DNA of 64,000 bases. Origin: Felis catus. Lineage: Eukaryota. Positions 35,501-44,950 of the stretch are shown here, in pieces; position 1 is the first letter of the stretch; each line of letters begins with the position of its first letter. The stretch spans positions 204,910,001 through 204,974,000 of the forward strand of contig NC_058371.1 in NCBI RefSeq assembly GCF_018350175.1. Direction: 5' to 3'. Below the pieces are notes generated by a model. The model saw only the letters and a list, made by a program, of their open reading frames with translations, did no database searches and was not told where the DNA came from. A program made the translations under genes and the position numbers.

Positions 35501-38308
35501 ACGGCCACCGGCTGCCACACGCAGCTGTCCAGCGTGGTCAGCGCCGCCGTGGTGCTGCTGGTGCTGCTGGTGCTGGCGCCGCTGTTCCGGGACCTGCAGC
35601 GGAGCGTGCTGGCCTGCGTCATCATCGTCAGCCTGCGCGGGGCCCTGCGCAAAGCGAGGGACGTCCCGCAGCTGTGGCGGCTCAGCCCGGCCGATGCGCT
35701 GGTCTGGGTGGCCACCGCGGCCACCTGTGTGCTGGTCAGCGTCGAGGCGGGGCTGCTGGCGGGCGTCCTCCTGTCCCTGCTCAGCCTGGCTGGCCGCACG
35801 CAGCGCCCACGGGCCACCCTGCTCGCTCAGATTGGGGACTCGGGCTTCTACGAGGACGCCGCGGAGTTCGAGGGCCTGGTCCCTGAGCCGGGCGTGCACG
35901 TGTTCCGCTTCGCGGGGCCGCTCTACTACGCCAACAAGGACTTCTTCCTGCACTCGCTCTACAGACTCACGGGGCTGGATGCGGGGACGGCGGCCACCAC
36001 GAGGAAGGAGCGGGGCCCGGAGGCTAGGGTCAGCGAGGGAGACCCCGTCGAGGGCACCGACCCGGGCCCAGCCAGCAGCACGGCCGCACGGCTGGTGCCC
36101 CCGGCGGCCGGCTTCCACGCGGTGGTCATCGACTGCGCTCCGCTGCTGTTCCTGGACGCGGCCGGCGTGGCCGCGCTGCAGGACCTGCGCCGAGATTACA
36201 GGGCCCTGGGCATCGCGCTGCTCCTGGCCTGCTGCAGTCCCCCCGTGAGGGACACCCTGAGGAGAGGCGGGTTCCTCGGGGACGACACGGGGGACGCCGC
36301 CGAGGAGGGGCAGCTGTTCCACAGCGTGCACAGCGCCGTGCAGGTGGCCCGAGCCCGCCACGGGGAGCAGACGGCCACCGACTCCACCCTCTAGCGCGGC
36401 CGGTGCCCGACGCCAGCCTGACCGCCCTTCCGGGAGCCCTGGGCAGACAGCCTCACGCCACCGGTCACTGACATCAATGAGCACAGTCGCCACTGCCCCC
36501 CCCCCCCGCCGCCCCCGCCCCGAGGCCGATGCTGTGCCCTGGAAGAACCAGGGAACACACAAAGGACTCGGACACTTGAACATCCAGGAACTACGCCTTT
36601 GAAACAAGCCACCACGGCCACCCCGGGCCCTGGTGCTGTGTGTACGCGGTGCTGCAGGGTCAGTCTGACGCTGGCTGTCACCGTCTCGTTTGAACAAGGG
36701 CCCGAGGCAATCACGAGGCCTCCCTTGGCCCGCCCGGCCCCAGTCCCACTGGCCACAGCGGGAGGGTCTGTGTCTCTGGGAGCCCTTCAAACACACACCC
36801 AAGTGCTCCTTACATCTCACGCCTCGGCCAGGCTGAGCTTTGCAAGGCCAAAGGTGGGCGTGATCGACCCAAGTTCCGCTCAGCCCTTGGGCGGCGCTCC
36901 TGCAAAGCCTGACCTGAGGACGCGGGGCACCAGGTGCGTGGGCGCACGCTCTCCGGGGCTGGCTCCAGCCACAAAGCTGGCACAGCGGGACACCCACCTG
37001 ACCCCGAGCCTCCAAGTCCTGTCCGGTGGGAAGCCAGCTGTGCCCAAACTCGGGGCTGCCCCGGGAGCCCCCACGGCCCCGCGCGGCCTCCTCCACCGAG
37101 GACGTTTTGCCAGGAGGTGTCAGGGCAACAGGACACCCCCTCCGCTCTGCCCCCCATCACAGCCCACACTGCACCACACTGTCCTCCCGGACGCTGCCTC
37201 CTCTCGGCCTTGGTCTTCGTCTCCAGTAAGGGGGCTCTGCCCAGCTGCCCCCATCACTCACCTGGCCGTGATGAGCTCCAGCAGCCAGTGGGTCCGGACC
37301 TGCTCGATGCCGCCGTGGGGGACAGCGCCCACGTAGGCCATGTTGAGCTGCTGGTCCCAGCTGAGGTCATACTGGTCAGCCTGGCTGTGAGGCAGTGGGG
37401 GACTGGGGACAGAACAAGGGGGGATGGGCCATTAGTCCCCAGGGGCGGGGCTCCAGAACAGCCCCTGCAGCTACAAATCCAGGGCCCCAGATTGCCCCGG
37501 GACACCAGTCCCCAGCAGCTGGACCCTGGAGTGCCCGCCGATGAATTTTACTGTCCCTGATGTAATAAAATGGCCCCTAACGCCAGGAATGCCACAGAGG
37601 CTCATGTTTATGGAAATGGGGGGCTCCCTGAGGAGAGAGGACCACATCCCAATACCCTGTTCCTTGTCCCACCAGCCAGGTGATCTTGGTTATAAGAATG
37701 ACACGGGGGGAGGGGAGATAGGCAGACACGGAGAGGGGGATGGGGGTTGATAGGCCCCCTACAGGCGTGTCCGACTCCACTGGGGCTGCCCCCTTGGGAG
37801 GGGCCTGCGCCGCAGCCCCTCCTGCAGCCTGGCCTGCCCCCCAGCGGCCACCGGGCAAAATCAGCGAGCGTCCGCAGGCCTCCACCACACCGGGTGCCCG
37901 CTCAGAAAAGCCCGGGGCGCACGCAAACCCCGCGTGGCTCAGGCCGACAGAGGAAACCCCGGTTTGACTGCAGGACGGCTCCACGAGGAAGGAGGCGGCG
38001 GCCGTGGGCGCGGGAGCCCGGGTCCCTCCGATGCAACAAGGGGTCCAGGAAGATCGCGGGCGGGGAGCGCGTCCCGGGCCTGGGAGAGGCGCGCGGCGGG
38101 ATGCAGGCGACAGCGGCCTCTCGGGCCTCAGTTTCCCCGCGCGGAGCGCTCACCAAAAGCCGGTGCTCCTCCAGAAGGGCCGCAGGGGCCGCAGCGCTCG
38201 GGCCGCGTCCACGAGCACCAGGTGCGGGGCCTCGGCCAGGGCCGGGGGCGCGGCCAGCAGCGCGACCAGGAGCGCGAGCGGCGCGGCGCGGGAGCGCGGG
38301 GGCCGCAT
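23469..38308 (-). CDS. IDUA: Alpha-L-iduronidase (GH39), full gene span; 14 exons, 1932 nt CDS, 643 aa
   Basis: All exons join in frame, with lengths 155,141,86,108,96,203,180,217,213,122,126,77,101,107; acid/base motif WNEPD and nucleophile motif YNDEADP intact. Confidence 0.97.
23724..23824 (-). CDS. IDUA: IDUA exon 13
   Basis: [10 protein letters not shown]...[13 protein letters not shown]; AG/GT ends, 101 nt. Confidence 0.93.
24232..24308 (-). CDS. IDUA: IDUA exon 12
   Basis: [26 protein letters not shown]; 77 nt. Confidence 0.93.
24394..24519 (-). CDS. IDUA: IDUA exon 11 (followed by a GC donor)
   Basis: [42 protein letters not shown]; donor CAG/GCAAGT. Confidence 0.93.
24596..24717 (-). 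CDS. IDUA: IDUA exon 10
   Basis: [41 protein letters not shown]; 122 nt. Confidence 0.93.
24798..25010 (-). CDS. IDUA: IDUA exon 9
   Basis: [31 protein letters not shown]...[11 protein letters not shown]; 213 nt. Confidence 0.94.
25330..25546 (-). CDS. IDUA: IDUA exon 8
   Basis: [50 protein letters not shown]; 217 nt. Confidence 0.95.
25649..25828 (-). CDS. IDUA: IDUA exon 7 (nucleophile Glu)
   Basis: [12 protein letters not shown]...[35 protein letters not shown]; 180 nt. Confidence 0.95.
25955..26157 (-). CDS. IDUA: IDUA exon 6
   Basis: [14 protein letters not shown]...[21 protein letters not shown]; 203 nt. Confidence 0.95.
26255..26350 (-). CDS. IDUA: IDUA exon 5 (acid/base Glu)
   Basis: [31 protein letters not shown]; 96 nt. 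Confidence 0.95.
26622..26729 (-). CDS. IDUA: IDUA exon 4
   Basis: [36 protein letters not shown]; 108 nt. Confidence 0.95.
26918..27003 (-). CDS. IDUA: IDUA exon 3
   Basis: [28 protein letters not shown]; 86 nt. Confidence 0.95.
27610..27900. mobile_element. Probable L2 fragment
   Basis: gagggcctctctgaag...gcacgtgcaaaggtcttggggtagga...ggaggccttgtgcccatggtgagga resembles the L2 3' region. Confidence 0.45.
27951..28154 (-). mobile_element. Felid CanSINE
   Basis: gagatcatgacctgagtgaagtcggacacttaacctactgagccacccaggagcccc; short TSD ttaagag. Confidence 0.9.
28155..28490 (-). mobile_element. L1MC-like 3' end, strongly GC-shifted
   Basis: taggctcacagcaaa...cacagcctccccc...ctgccctaaaaat...cttttactgtcccc match the recalled L1MC 3' consensus. 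Confidence 0.65.
29880..30480. promoter_or_regulatory. Orphan CpG island in IDUA intron 2
   Basis: Dense CpG/GC block with NRF1-like gcgcgtgcgc (30141-30150) and plus-strand donor CCG/GTGAGT at 30176. Confidence 0.7.
32440..32782 (+). promoter_or_regulatory. SLC26A1: Candidate SLC26A1 proximal promoter and non-coding first exon
   Basis: AT-richer block with ATGACTCAGCA (32500-32510), HNF1-like GTAAATAATTGAA (~32519) and GTCACATG; strong donor CAG/GTAAGA at 32783, about 0.9 kb before the first coding exon. Confidence 0.5.
33674..34261 (+). CDS. SLC26A1: SLC26A1 coding exon 1
   Basis: MDMCPD...[11 protein letters not shown]...[23 protein letters not shown]...TLVAGIYQ; donor CAG/GTGAGG. Confidence 0.95.
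33674..36394 (+). CDS. SLC26A1: Sulfate anion transporter 1 (SAT-1), full CDS span; two coding exons, 706 aa
   Basis: 588 + 1533 nt in frame; SulP signature [26 protein letters not shown] and C-terminal STAS domain. Confidence 0.96.
34862..36394 (+). CDS. SLC26A1: SLC26A1 coding exon 2
   Basis: [28 protein letters not shown]...ANQELLAVG...[15 protein letters not shown]...[15 protein letters not shown]...DSTL*. Confidence 0.96.
   Translation, partial: VLMGVLRLGFVSTYLSQPLLDGFAMGASVTILTSQLKHLLGVRVPRHQGPGMVVSTWLSLLRGAGQANLCDVLTSATCLAVLLAAKELSDRCRHRLKVPLPTELLVIVAATLASHFGRLHERFGSSVAGDIPTGFVAPRLPDPGLMRRVVLDAVPLALVSSAFSVSLAEMFARSHGYSVRANQELLAVGCCNVLPAFFHCFATSAALSKSLVKTATGCHTQLSSVVSAAVVLLVLLVLAPLFRDLQRSVLACVIIVSLRGALRKARDVPQLWRLSPADALVWVATAATCVLVSVEAGLLAGVLLSLLSLAGRTQRPRATLLAQIGDSGFYEDAAEFEGLVPEPGVHVFRFAGPLYYANKDFFLHSLYRLTGLDAGTAATTRKERGPEARVSEGDPVEGTDPGPASSTAARLVPPAAGFHAVVIDCAPLLFLDAAGVAALQDLRRDYRALGIALLLACCSPPVRDTLRRGGFLGDDTGDAAEEGQLFHSVHSAVQVARARHGEQTATDSTL
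37262..37402 (-). CDS. IDUA: IDUA exon 2
   Basis: [46 protein letters not shown]; 141 nt. Confidence 0.95.
37564..37569 (+). terminator. SLC26A1: Probable SLC26A1 polyadenylation signal AATAAA
   Basis: First AATAAA seen downstream of the stop at 36394, adjacent to a TGTA. Confidence 0.6.
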
Positions 38309-38860
38309 GGCCGAGCGCGGCGGGGCCGGGGGGAGAGGCGCGCACGGTCCCTTAGGCCCGGCAGGTCCCCCGCGCTCCGGGAGCCGAGGTCGGCGCAGCG
38401 CAGCCCGGTTCCGCCTCCGGGTCGCACGCCACGTGACCGCCACCTTGGGGGCGGGGGCCGGGGCGCCGGGCCGGGGCCGGGTGGGTCCTCGGAATCTGGG
38501 CGCGGGGGGGGGGGGGGGCGGGGGGGGCGGGGCCGACGAGCGGGCGGGGATTAGGGGGCCGGGCCGCCGCGGTGGGGGTCCCCGCCCGGCTCCAGCCCCG
38601 GGCATCCCCGCACGCCGCCCCTTCCTGGCTGGGTCCGTCCCTGGTGCCGGTGCGGGTTCCCGCTCGTCGGCTGTGCGCGGGCGCCTCCTGCAAGCGCGCC
38701 CCGCCGTCCGGGGGCTCCGGTGTAAGCCGTTGTCTTGGTCGTGCTTCGGGGGATCGCCCCGGAGGCCGGGAAGTAGCCTAATGCGCGGGTCAGGCGGCCG
38801 CTTGACGGCTCAGACTTGCGATGGCCGGACAGTGGGCACGGGCGGTCAGACGTGGGGCAC
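37800..38860 (-). promoter_or_regulatory. IDUA: IDUA promoter CpG island with CLEAR-like E-box
   Basis: CpG-dense, GC boxes, GGTCACGTGG on the minus strand at 38429-38438, about 120 nt upstream of the ATG. Confidence 0.8.
38154..38308 (-). CDS. IDUA: IDUA exon 1
   Basis: GGCCATG; [51 protein letters not shown]; donor TG/GTGAG. Confidence 0.95.
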
Positions 38861-38961
38861 ATTTGGAAGGTGAGCGCTAGGACCTCCGATGGATTGGATG
38901 CAGGGGCGGGAGGAAGGAGCAGAGTCGAAAGTGACTCCCTGGGGCTTCGGCTTGGCACAGC

Positions 38962-39169
38962 GGGGCGCTCGGGTGGCTCAGGTCATGATCTCACAGCCTC
39001 CGGGGTGAGGTGAGGTCGAGTCCCGCGACGGGCTCTGTGCTCACAGCTCGGAGCCCGGAGCCTGCTTCGGATTCTGTGTCTCCCTCTTTCTCTGCCCCTC
39101 CCCCACTCTCTCTGGTTTTCTCTCTCTCGAAAATAAATAGACATTAAAAGAATTAAAAAAAAAAAAAAA
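38962..39169 (+). mobile_element. Felid CanSINE with internal head deletion
   Basis: ggggcgctcgggtggctcaggtcatgatctc...ggattctgtgtctccctct, poly(A) tail. Confidence 0.85.
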
Positions 39170-39472
39170 GGAGGAGCAGGTGTGGTCAGGGGATAAGCTG
39201 CCTGTGAGGAGCCAAGTGAACATTTCGAACAGACAGCTGGGTGATCGGCCTGGGTGTGGGGCAGGTGGCCTTGAGGCGTTAATGTTTATGCTTTAAGCTG
39301 TACACGTGCCCTGGGCAAGTCAGACAGCCCTGCGTCTCCAAACACCAGAAGTCTCACCACACGGGGAAGACCCCTGTGCTGACACCACCCTCCCTCCATC
39401 CGCAGAGCCCAAGGTACCAGTCCCTTCGGTTGGTGGCACAAAGTACATCTGAAGAGAAAAGAGCTGGCGATC

Positions 39473-39690
39473 TTTTTTTTTTTTTTAAATATTTATTCAT
39501 TTTTGAGAGACAGAGAGAGAGAGCATGTGCGCAGGTGGGGGGCAGGCAGAGAGAGACGGGGGACAGAGGATCCGAAGGGAGGTCCGCGCTGTCAGCACAG
39601 AGCCCGACGCGGGGCTCGAACCCATCAACTATGAGATCATGACCTGAGCGGAAGTCGGACGCTCCGCCGAGTGAGCCACCCAGGCGCCCC
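39473..39690 (-). mobile_element. Felid CanSINE
   Basis: 16-nt TSD aagagctgg(c/t)gatctt at 39459-39474 and 39691-39706. Confidence 0.92.
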
Positions 39691-40224
39691 AAGAGCTGGT
39701 GATCTTCTAAAAGTGAGGGAGGACAGCCAGCTACAAAATCAAGACGTGCCGCGAAGCCCGAGAGGAAAGGCACGGGGGAAGCAGAGCCCGAACACGTGGT
39801 GACGGGGTGCCGAAGCCAGAGACGGATGACGTGCCCCCAGAGCACACGGACCTTTCAACGGGAGCCACCGAAGCCAGCGGACAAGGAGTCCTGGAAATAA
39901 ACCAGTGGCAAGCTGGAGTCTGATTCCGGCAAGAAGTGCGCTTCAAAAGAGGTCAGATAAAGACGTTTTGGAGAAATGCGCTCCGCGGACGCTGGCCGCC
40001 ACCGGCCCTCGCTCGAGGAAACAGTACCTGGCGTCCGTCCTTCAAGCGGGAGAACGACCCAGCCCGGCCCAGAGGCAGAGATACAGATCTCACGGGGAGC
40101 GGTTCGCAAAACGGTAACGTGACATCTGGGGCTTCGACACGGCAGAGAACTGAAGTGCCCGACGGTAGCGCGGAAGTCGTGAGCGGAACAGACGCGCCGT
40201 GAGCGGCTGGCCCGCCGCGGTGTC

Positions 40225-40420
40225 CACGGGCCTAACCCCCAGGGCCTCTGAGGGCGACCTTACGCGGTGAAGGCACTCGCAGGTGCGATTAAGCTAAGGA
40301 TCTTGAGGTGGGGAGATGATCCGGGATGATCCGAACGGGCCCTACACGTCACCCGGCGTCCTCGCGAGGGGGGCCGAGGGGGATCTGACAGGGAGGAGGC
40401 CGCGCAAAGACCTCAGAAGA
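40225..40420 (+). mobile_element. MLT1D-like MaLR LTR fragment, GC-shifted
   Basis: gattaagctaaggatcttgaggtggggagatgatccgggatgatccg matches the recalled MLT1 core. Confidence 0.65.
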
Positions 40421-41770
40421 GAGAGGCGGTCGGATTGTTCTCAAGCGTGTGCTCGGGGCGTGTCGTCACTGCTGTGCTAAGACGGGGAAATGATGGCCGT
40501 GAGGGAAGAAGTTCACACTCCCGTCCCGAGAAGCAGGAGGCCAGACGCGTGGCTCGGCGCCACACAGAGACACGAGGGCGGGGAGAGATCGGTGAGGGGC
40601 CTCACACGATGCGTCTCCATTGCACGGAAGCTGGACGCTTCCCTCGGTGCAGGGAAGGGCGGCGGGGAAGCTGTTAAAGTCGGTGTGAGTTGGGCAAAGG
40701 GCCCTTGACGAAGGGAGCTTCAGGCCCGGGGCGAGACAGTGACTGACTGGGGTCCGTTTATCGGACTGGGATACGAAAGAGTGAGGAGCCCACTACGTGT
40801 CTCAGTGAAAGCGGCTCTGTGGAAGGCCTCGGGGATGTGACAAGTGACCTGTGTCTCTGTTACCGTGTTAGTGACGCCTGTAACTCCAAAGGGAATGAGT
40901 ATGTCTCGGCAGCACTCTTATCGTGGCCTCGGCATACCCGGAGACGTGTGGGATTTTGGGGGGTGTTTTCGGCATCTGCGAGGCACGGGACGCCAGCCTT
41001 CTTCACTCCGAAGGGGACGGTTCTCAGGCAGCGGCCTGACGGTGCGGAGTCAGTGTGGACACGGGCCGTCGTTGGCCAGAGCGTCCGCTGCTGAGACAAC
41101 CGCGTGGAGTCTGGCCAAAGGACCGGCCCTTGGGTCCCGTCCCCGCTCAGGGACGCCCTGGCAGCCGCGCTCCCCCGGGCGCACCGCACACGGTGGCCCG
41201 TGGCCCGCCGGCTCCCGAGGGGCTCCCGGGCCGCCGGGGGTCTGGGGAGGAACGTGTTGCCGGCGAACCGTGAACAGGACCGAGAGCTGCTGGCCCCTGC
41301 GTCCTAGGGACTCGGTCCCAGGAGTCCCCCCGGAGGAGAGCGCAGGCTGGGTCAGGGCCTGCGGGCCCCGGGCAGCCTGGAGGGGGCACGGGGTCCTTCC
41401 GGGTGTGGAAGCGGCTGCGGCCGATGGGCCGCTGAGACGGGCACAGATCCGACGTCTCGGGAAACAGCACGGCGTTGACCCTGACGGTCGGGCTGCGGCA
41501 CCGGCTCATGCAAATGTACTGTCAGCTGCCCTCAGGTTTTCCAGGTGAAACAACAGGCAAATTTGGGCCTATATTTTCTCCCCTTATGTGGTTTTTTTCT
41601 TTCTTTTCTCCCCCCCCCCCCCCCCCCCGCTTTAGGCTTTTCATTCCTGCGTCAGGGGGAAGCGGCGGAAGGGCCTGTGGGGGCCTCCCCTGGGCGGGCC
41701 TCAACTGCAGCGGCTCCCCTCCCCCCTGCTTCTCCTCTTCGGAACCTTATTTTTCCTCTTTTTTACAAAT

Positions 41771-42006
41771 ATTTTTTATTCAAAACGTGTTTCTAACATT
41801 TATTTATCCTTGAGAAAGAGACAGAGACAGAGGGCAAGCAGGGGAGGGGAGAGGGACAGAGAGAGAGGGAGACACAGAATCCGAAGTGAGCTCCGGGCTC
41901 CGAGCCGTCAGCACAGAGCCCGACGCGGGGCTCGAACCCACGAACCGTGAGATCGTGACCTGAGGCGAAGTCGGACGCTTCACCGACGGAGCCCCCCAGG
42001 TGCCCC
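41771..42006 (-). mobile_element. Felid CanSINE
   Basis: gagatcgtgacctgaggcgaagtcggacgcttcaccgacggagccccccaggtgcccc. Confidence 0.9.
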
Positions 42007-43416
42007 TTTTCTCGTAAACAAGATCTGGCTTGTATCTCTGGGCAGGTAAAAACCTTTTCCCCCTGGCTGTTTTTGCTTACTTTCTCCATTCTCGATGCTC
42101 TGGCCTTTGGGCCTCGGGCCTGGAGAGGGTGCCCCTCCTGGGGCTAGTCAGTTCCTGGAGAGGCCTTCGCTGCAGACGGACCAAGCCAAGCCCGCACCCC
42201 CACACGCCCTTCATCTCTCTCACGCGCCAAACCAACAACCCCTCCCCCAAAGCCACCCCATGGCCAGATGCCGGACACCCAGGGACCACCGCTGTAGCCT
42301 AGGCCTGACGAAATGGTTCAAACTACCCAATCCTAAACTTACTCCCTGAGCCTGCTGCCCACCCGTCCCTTCCCGCGAGAACCCCAGTGAAGGGCAGTTG
42401 TTTCCATTTCTGTCCCCTTATCGTATCTGATTAAAACGAATCCCGAGAACAAATTTCAGAGCAAAGATGCCATACTTTGATGACGGAGGAAGGGGTCATG
42501 AGCACAGGAACGCAAGGAACACAGCTCTAGAAGGTGGCGAAGGCCCGCAGTCGTCCTCTGTGGGGGGCGTGGTCCCGCCCACCCCTTGAGCACACGCAGC
42601 GGGCTTCTGCTATCAGATCTGGACTGTGGAGCCACCACGGGAGGCAGCGTGGCACGGGCCAAAGACGGACAGGCACCACAGGGGCACAGCAGGTCCACAC
42701 AACGGCATGGATTCACACAGGGCCTTGGTCATATGGTCGTATGATTTTGTAAAGCTTGCTAAAGGGAGATACTATGAGCACAGCAGTTCCCACACTGCCT
42801 CAGGCTCCCCGGTCACTTCCCCTGTCACCGGGGTGGTTCGGGGTGGGTGGGTGGGGGGGGCTTTTCAGGATCCGGTCAAGGGGAAGCTGAGCTGTGAAAA
42901 CACGAGTCGGGGTTTAGCAGAGTATATGTATGTCCTTCCTAGTCGCTTCCTCGCACAGCAAAGTTAATGCCAGATACCCTGGCACAGAAAACACTTCCAG
43001 GAACACCCTGGCAATTAACCAAAAGGAGTGAATCACACGGACTTTTGGAGCGGGATTAAACGTTCCGCTGATTTAACAGGAAATGCTGACATCAAAATAA
43101 CGTAGAACCCTAACAGCCAGTGGGACGAGGACATGATGGAAGGCGGTTCATCGGAACCGTAAGGGCTTTTGAGATTAGTCACAACACAAGAAAGTGCACT
43201 GTCCCAAGACTTTCCAGCTTGTAAATGAAACTTGTCAAAGTTCTCTCCAAATCTGTGGTCGTAACAATGGATATGAGCTGCGAGTAATGAGTTGTCAAGT
43301 GAGGACTTTTGTAAAAGAGAAGTCATCATTTTGTTTTCAATCTGCTGCGTTAGAGACACTGAGTTCTTCTCTTTTGTCCTCGGAAAGTAATATCTCAAAG
43401 TTGTTATGAGACAATA

Positions 43417-43608
43417 GAAGCACGTGGGGGGCTCCGTCAGTCGAGCATCTGACTTCGGCTCAGGTCACGATCTGACAGTTGTGAGTTCGAGCCTCTCATC
43501 AGGCTTACCGCTGTCAGTACGGAGCCCGCTTCAGATCCTCTGCCCGACCCCTCGGCCCCTCCCCTGCTCGTGCTCTCTCTCTCAGAAATAAAAAATAAAC
43601 ATAAAAAA
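43417..43608 (+). mobile_element. CanSINE (older copy)
   Basis: gagcatctgacttcggctcaggtcacgatctgacagttgtgagttcgagcc. Confidence 0.85.
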
Positions 43609-43619
43609 AGGAAGAGACA

Positions 43620-43835
43620 GGGGCGCCTGGGTGGCGCAGTCGGTTAAGCGTCCGACTTCAGCCAGGTCACGATCTCGCGGTCCGTGAGTTCGAGCCCCGC
43701 GTCGGGCTCTGGGCTGATGGCTCAGAGCCTGGAGCCTGTTTCCGATTCTGTGTCTCCCTCTCTCTCTGCCCCTCCCCCGTTCATGCTCTGTCTCTCTCTG
43801 TCCCAAAAATAAATAAACGTTGAAAAAAAAAAAAA
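43620..43835 (+). mobile_element. Young felid SINE inserted in the tail of the preceding SINE
   Basis: Canonical head; TSD aaaaaaaggaagagaca at 43603-43619 and 43830-43846. Confidence 0.95.
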
Positions 43836-44336
43836 AGGAAGAGACAATAAAAAATGTAGATGATAAATGTATCATAGTGGAGTGCCATGCAGTTATGAAT
43901 AAAAATTGTACTTTCTGGATTTGGGGATGTTTGTGCTATTGTCAATTTTTAAAAAGAGTATTATTTTTTCTCTCATTCTGAATAAATACGTATCTACTTG
44001 TATCATAATTTGCATTCTTTCCTAAAGGGAGAGGCTGTCCCAGACCCGGACAGGCTCAGCACCATGCTCCCCAGGGGGCGGTCAGGGGACCCTGCCTCGC
44101 CCACACTGCCTGGCAGGGGCTGGCCTGCCGCCTTGGGAGAGGCAAACGCTTCCGAGCCAGGAGCATCTCCGTGGCCTGAGGGCAGGCGGGTGCTTGAACA
44201 GAACACAAAGGCCCTCACCAGAAAGAAAAGGCTCGTCAGTGGGACGAGGCGAAAACTTAAGAAGGCCTACTGACCCACAGCCACCAGTGAAGGAGTGACA
44301 AGCCCATCCTGGCGTGGGGGAGGCGGAGCTGACGCG

Positions 44337-44950
44337 CGGTCAAGCTTCGATATTCGCGGATGCTCCAGTCATGATTCACCTGCCCTCGGACGCTCATCGG
44401 TAACCCCACGACTAACCCTGCCGGCGCTTTCCGGCCATCCGGGGACCGCACAGAGCAGCGAGGAATCAGTGTCGGGACAGGCGCGTCCCGTCCCGGACGG
44501 AGGCGGCAGGAGGCCACGCCCCGTCTCCTCGCTTCGGCTCACGCTGCAAACACGGGTCCTTTTTGCTGTCCGTCTAGCGCGACGTCTCCCGCAGTTTTGT
44601 GCTTTCTGTCGGTGTCTCCACGGCTTCACATGGCTCCCCTCCCCGCCCCCCCCGCCCCTGCCGCGTGCCGCTCAAGTCCCCCCAGAGGCCGAGATGTGCC
44701 CGCGGAGGAGACCCCGTGTCAGGTGGGCTCCGTCGGGGCGCGAGGTCCGCTGACGCCGGCGTGGGGACTCTGCGTGAACGGATCGACCACGTGTCTTCAG
44801 ACGGAAGTCCGCACCGAACACGGCTCCGTGCTGAGCCGCGGATGAAAACGTGACCCGACGCTCCCAGGGAGCCGACCCTGCGTTTCCCCGGGAGCCGGTG
44901 TTCCCGCGTGGACGGAGCCCGGCGGCCGCGGACGCCACCAACGGACTGTA
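44337..44950 (+). mobile_element. MER82-like TcMar-Tigger element, strongly GC-shifted
   Basis: Colinear with the recalled MER82 consensus (tattcgcggat, gtaacccc, ggcgctttc, ttttgtgctttctgtcggtg, gatgtgcc, gatgaaaacgtgacc, accctgcgtttcccc); ends gactg + TA. Confidence 0.65.

Larger units (their letters stand above)
42950..44030 (+). mobile_element. hAT-Tip100 (Zaphod-like) DNA transposon fossil split by two SINEs
   Basis: AT-rich; ccaaatctg...aatgagttgtcaagtgag (hAT dimerisation region-like) and tttctggatttggggatgtttgtgctattgtc...ctcattctgaataaata resemble the recalled Zaphod 3' part. Confidence 0.55.

Noticed and set aside
34907-37096. 729-aa minus-strand ORF
   Set aside because: Antisense shadow of the GC3-rich SLC26A1 exon; no recognisable domain; stop-codon depletion is expected
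42200-42460. Possible ERVL-type LTR fragment (ttcaaactacccaatcctaaac)
   Set aside because: Similarity too short to assign or delimit without a search
7106-43835. tRNA-like A/B boxes
   Set aside because: All are heads of tRNA-derived CanSINEs, not tRNA genes
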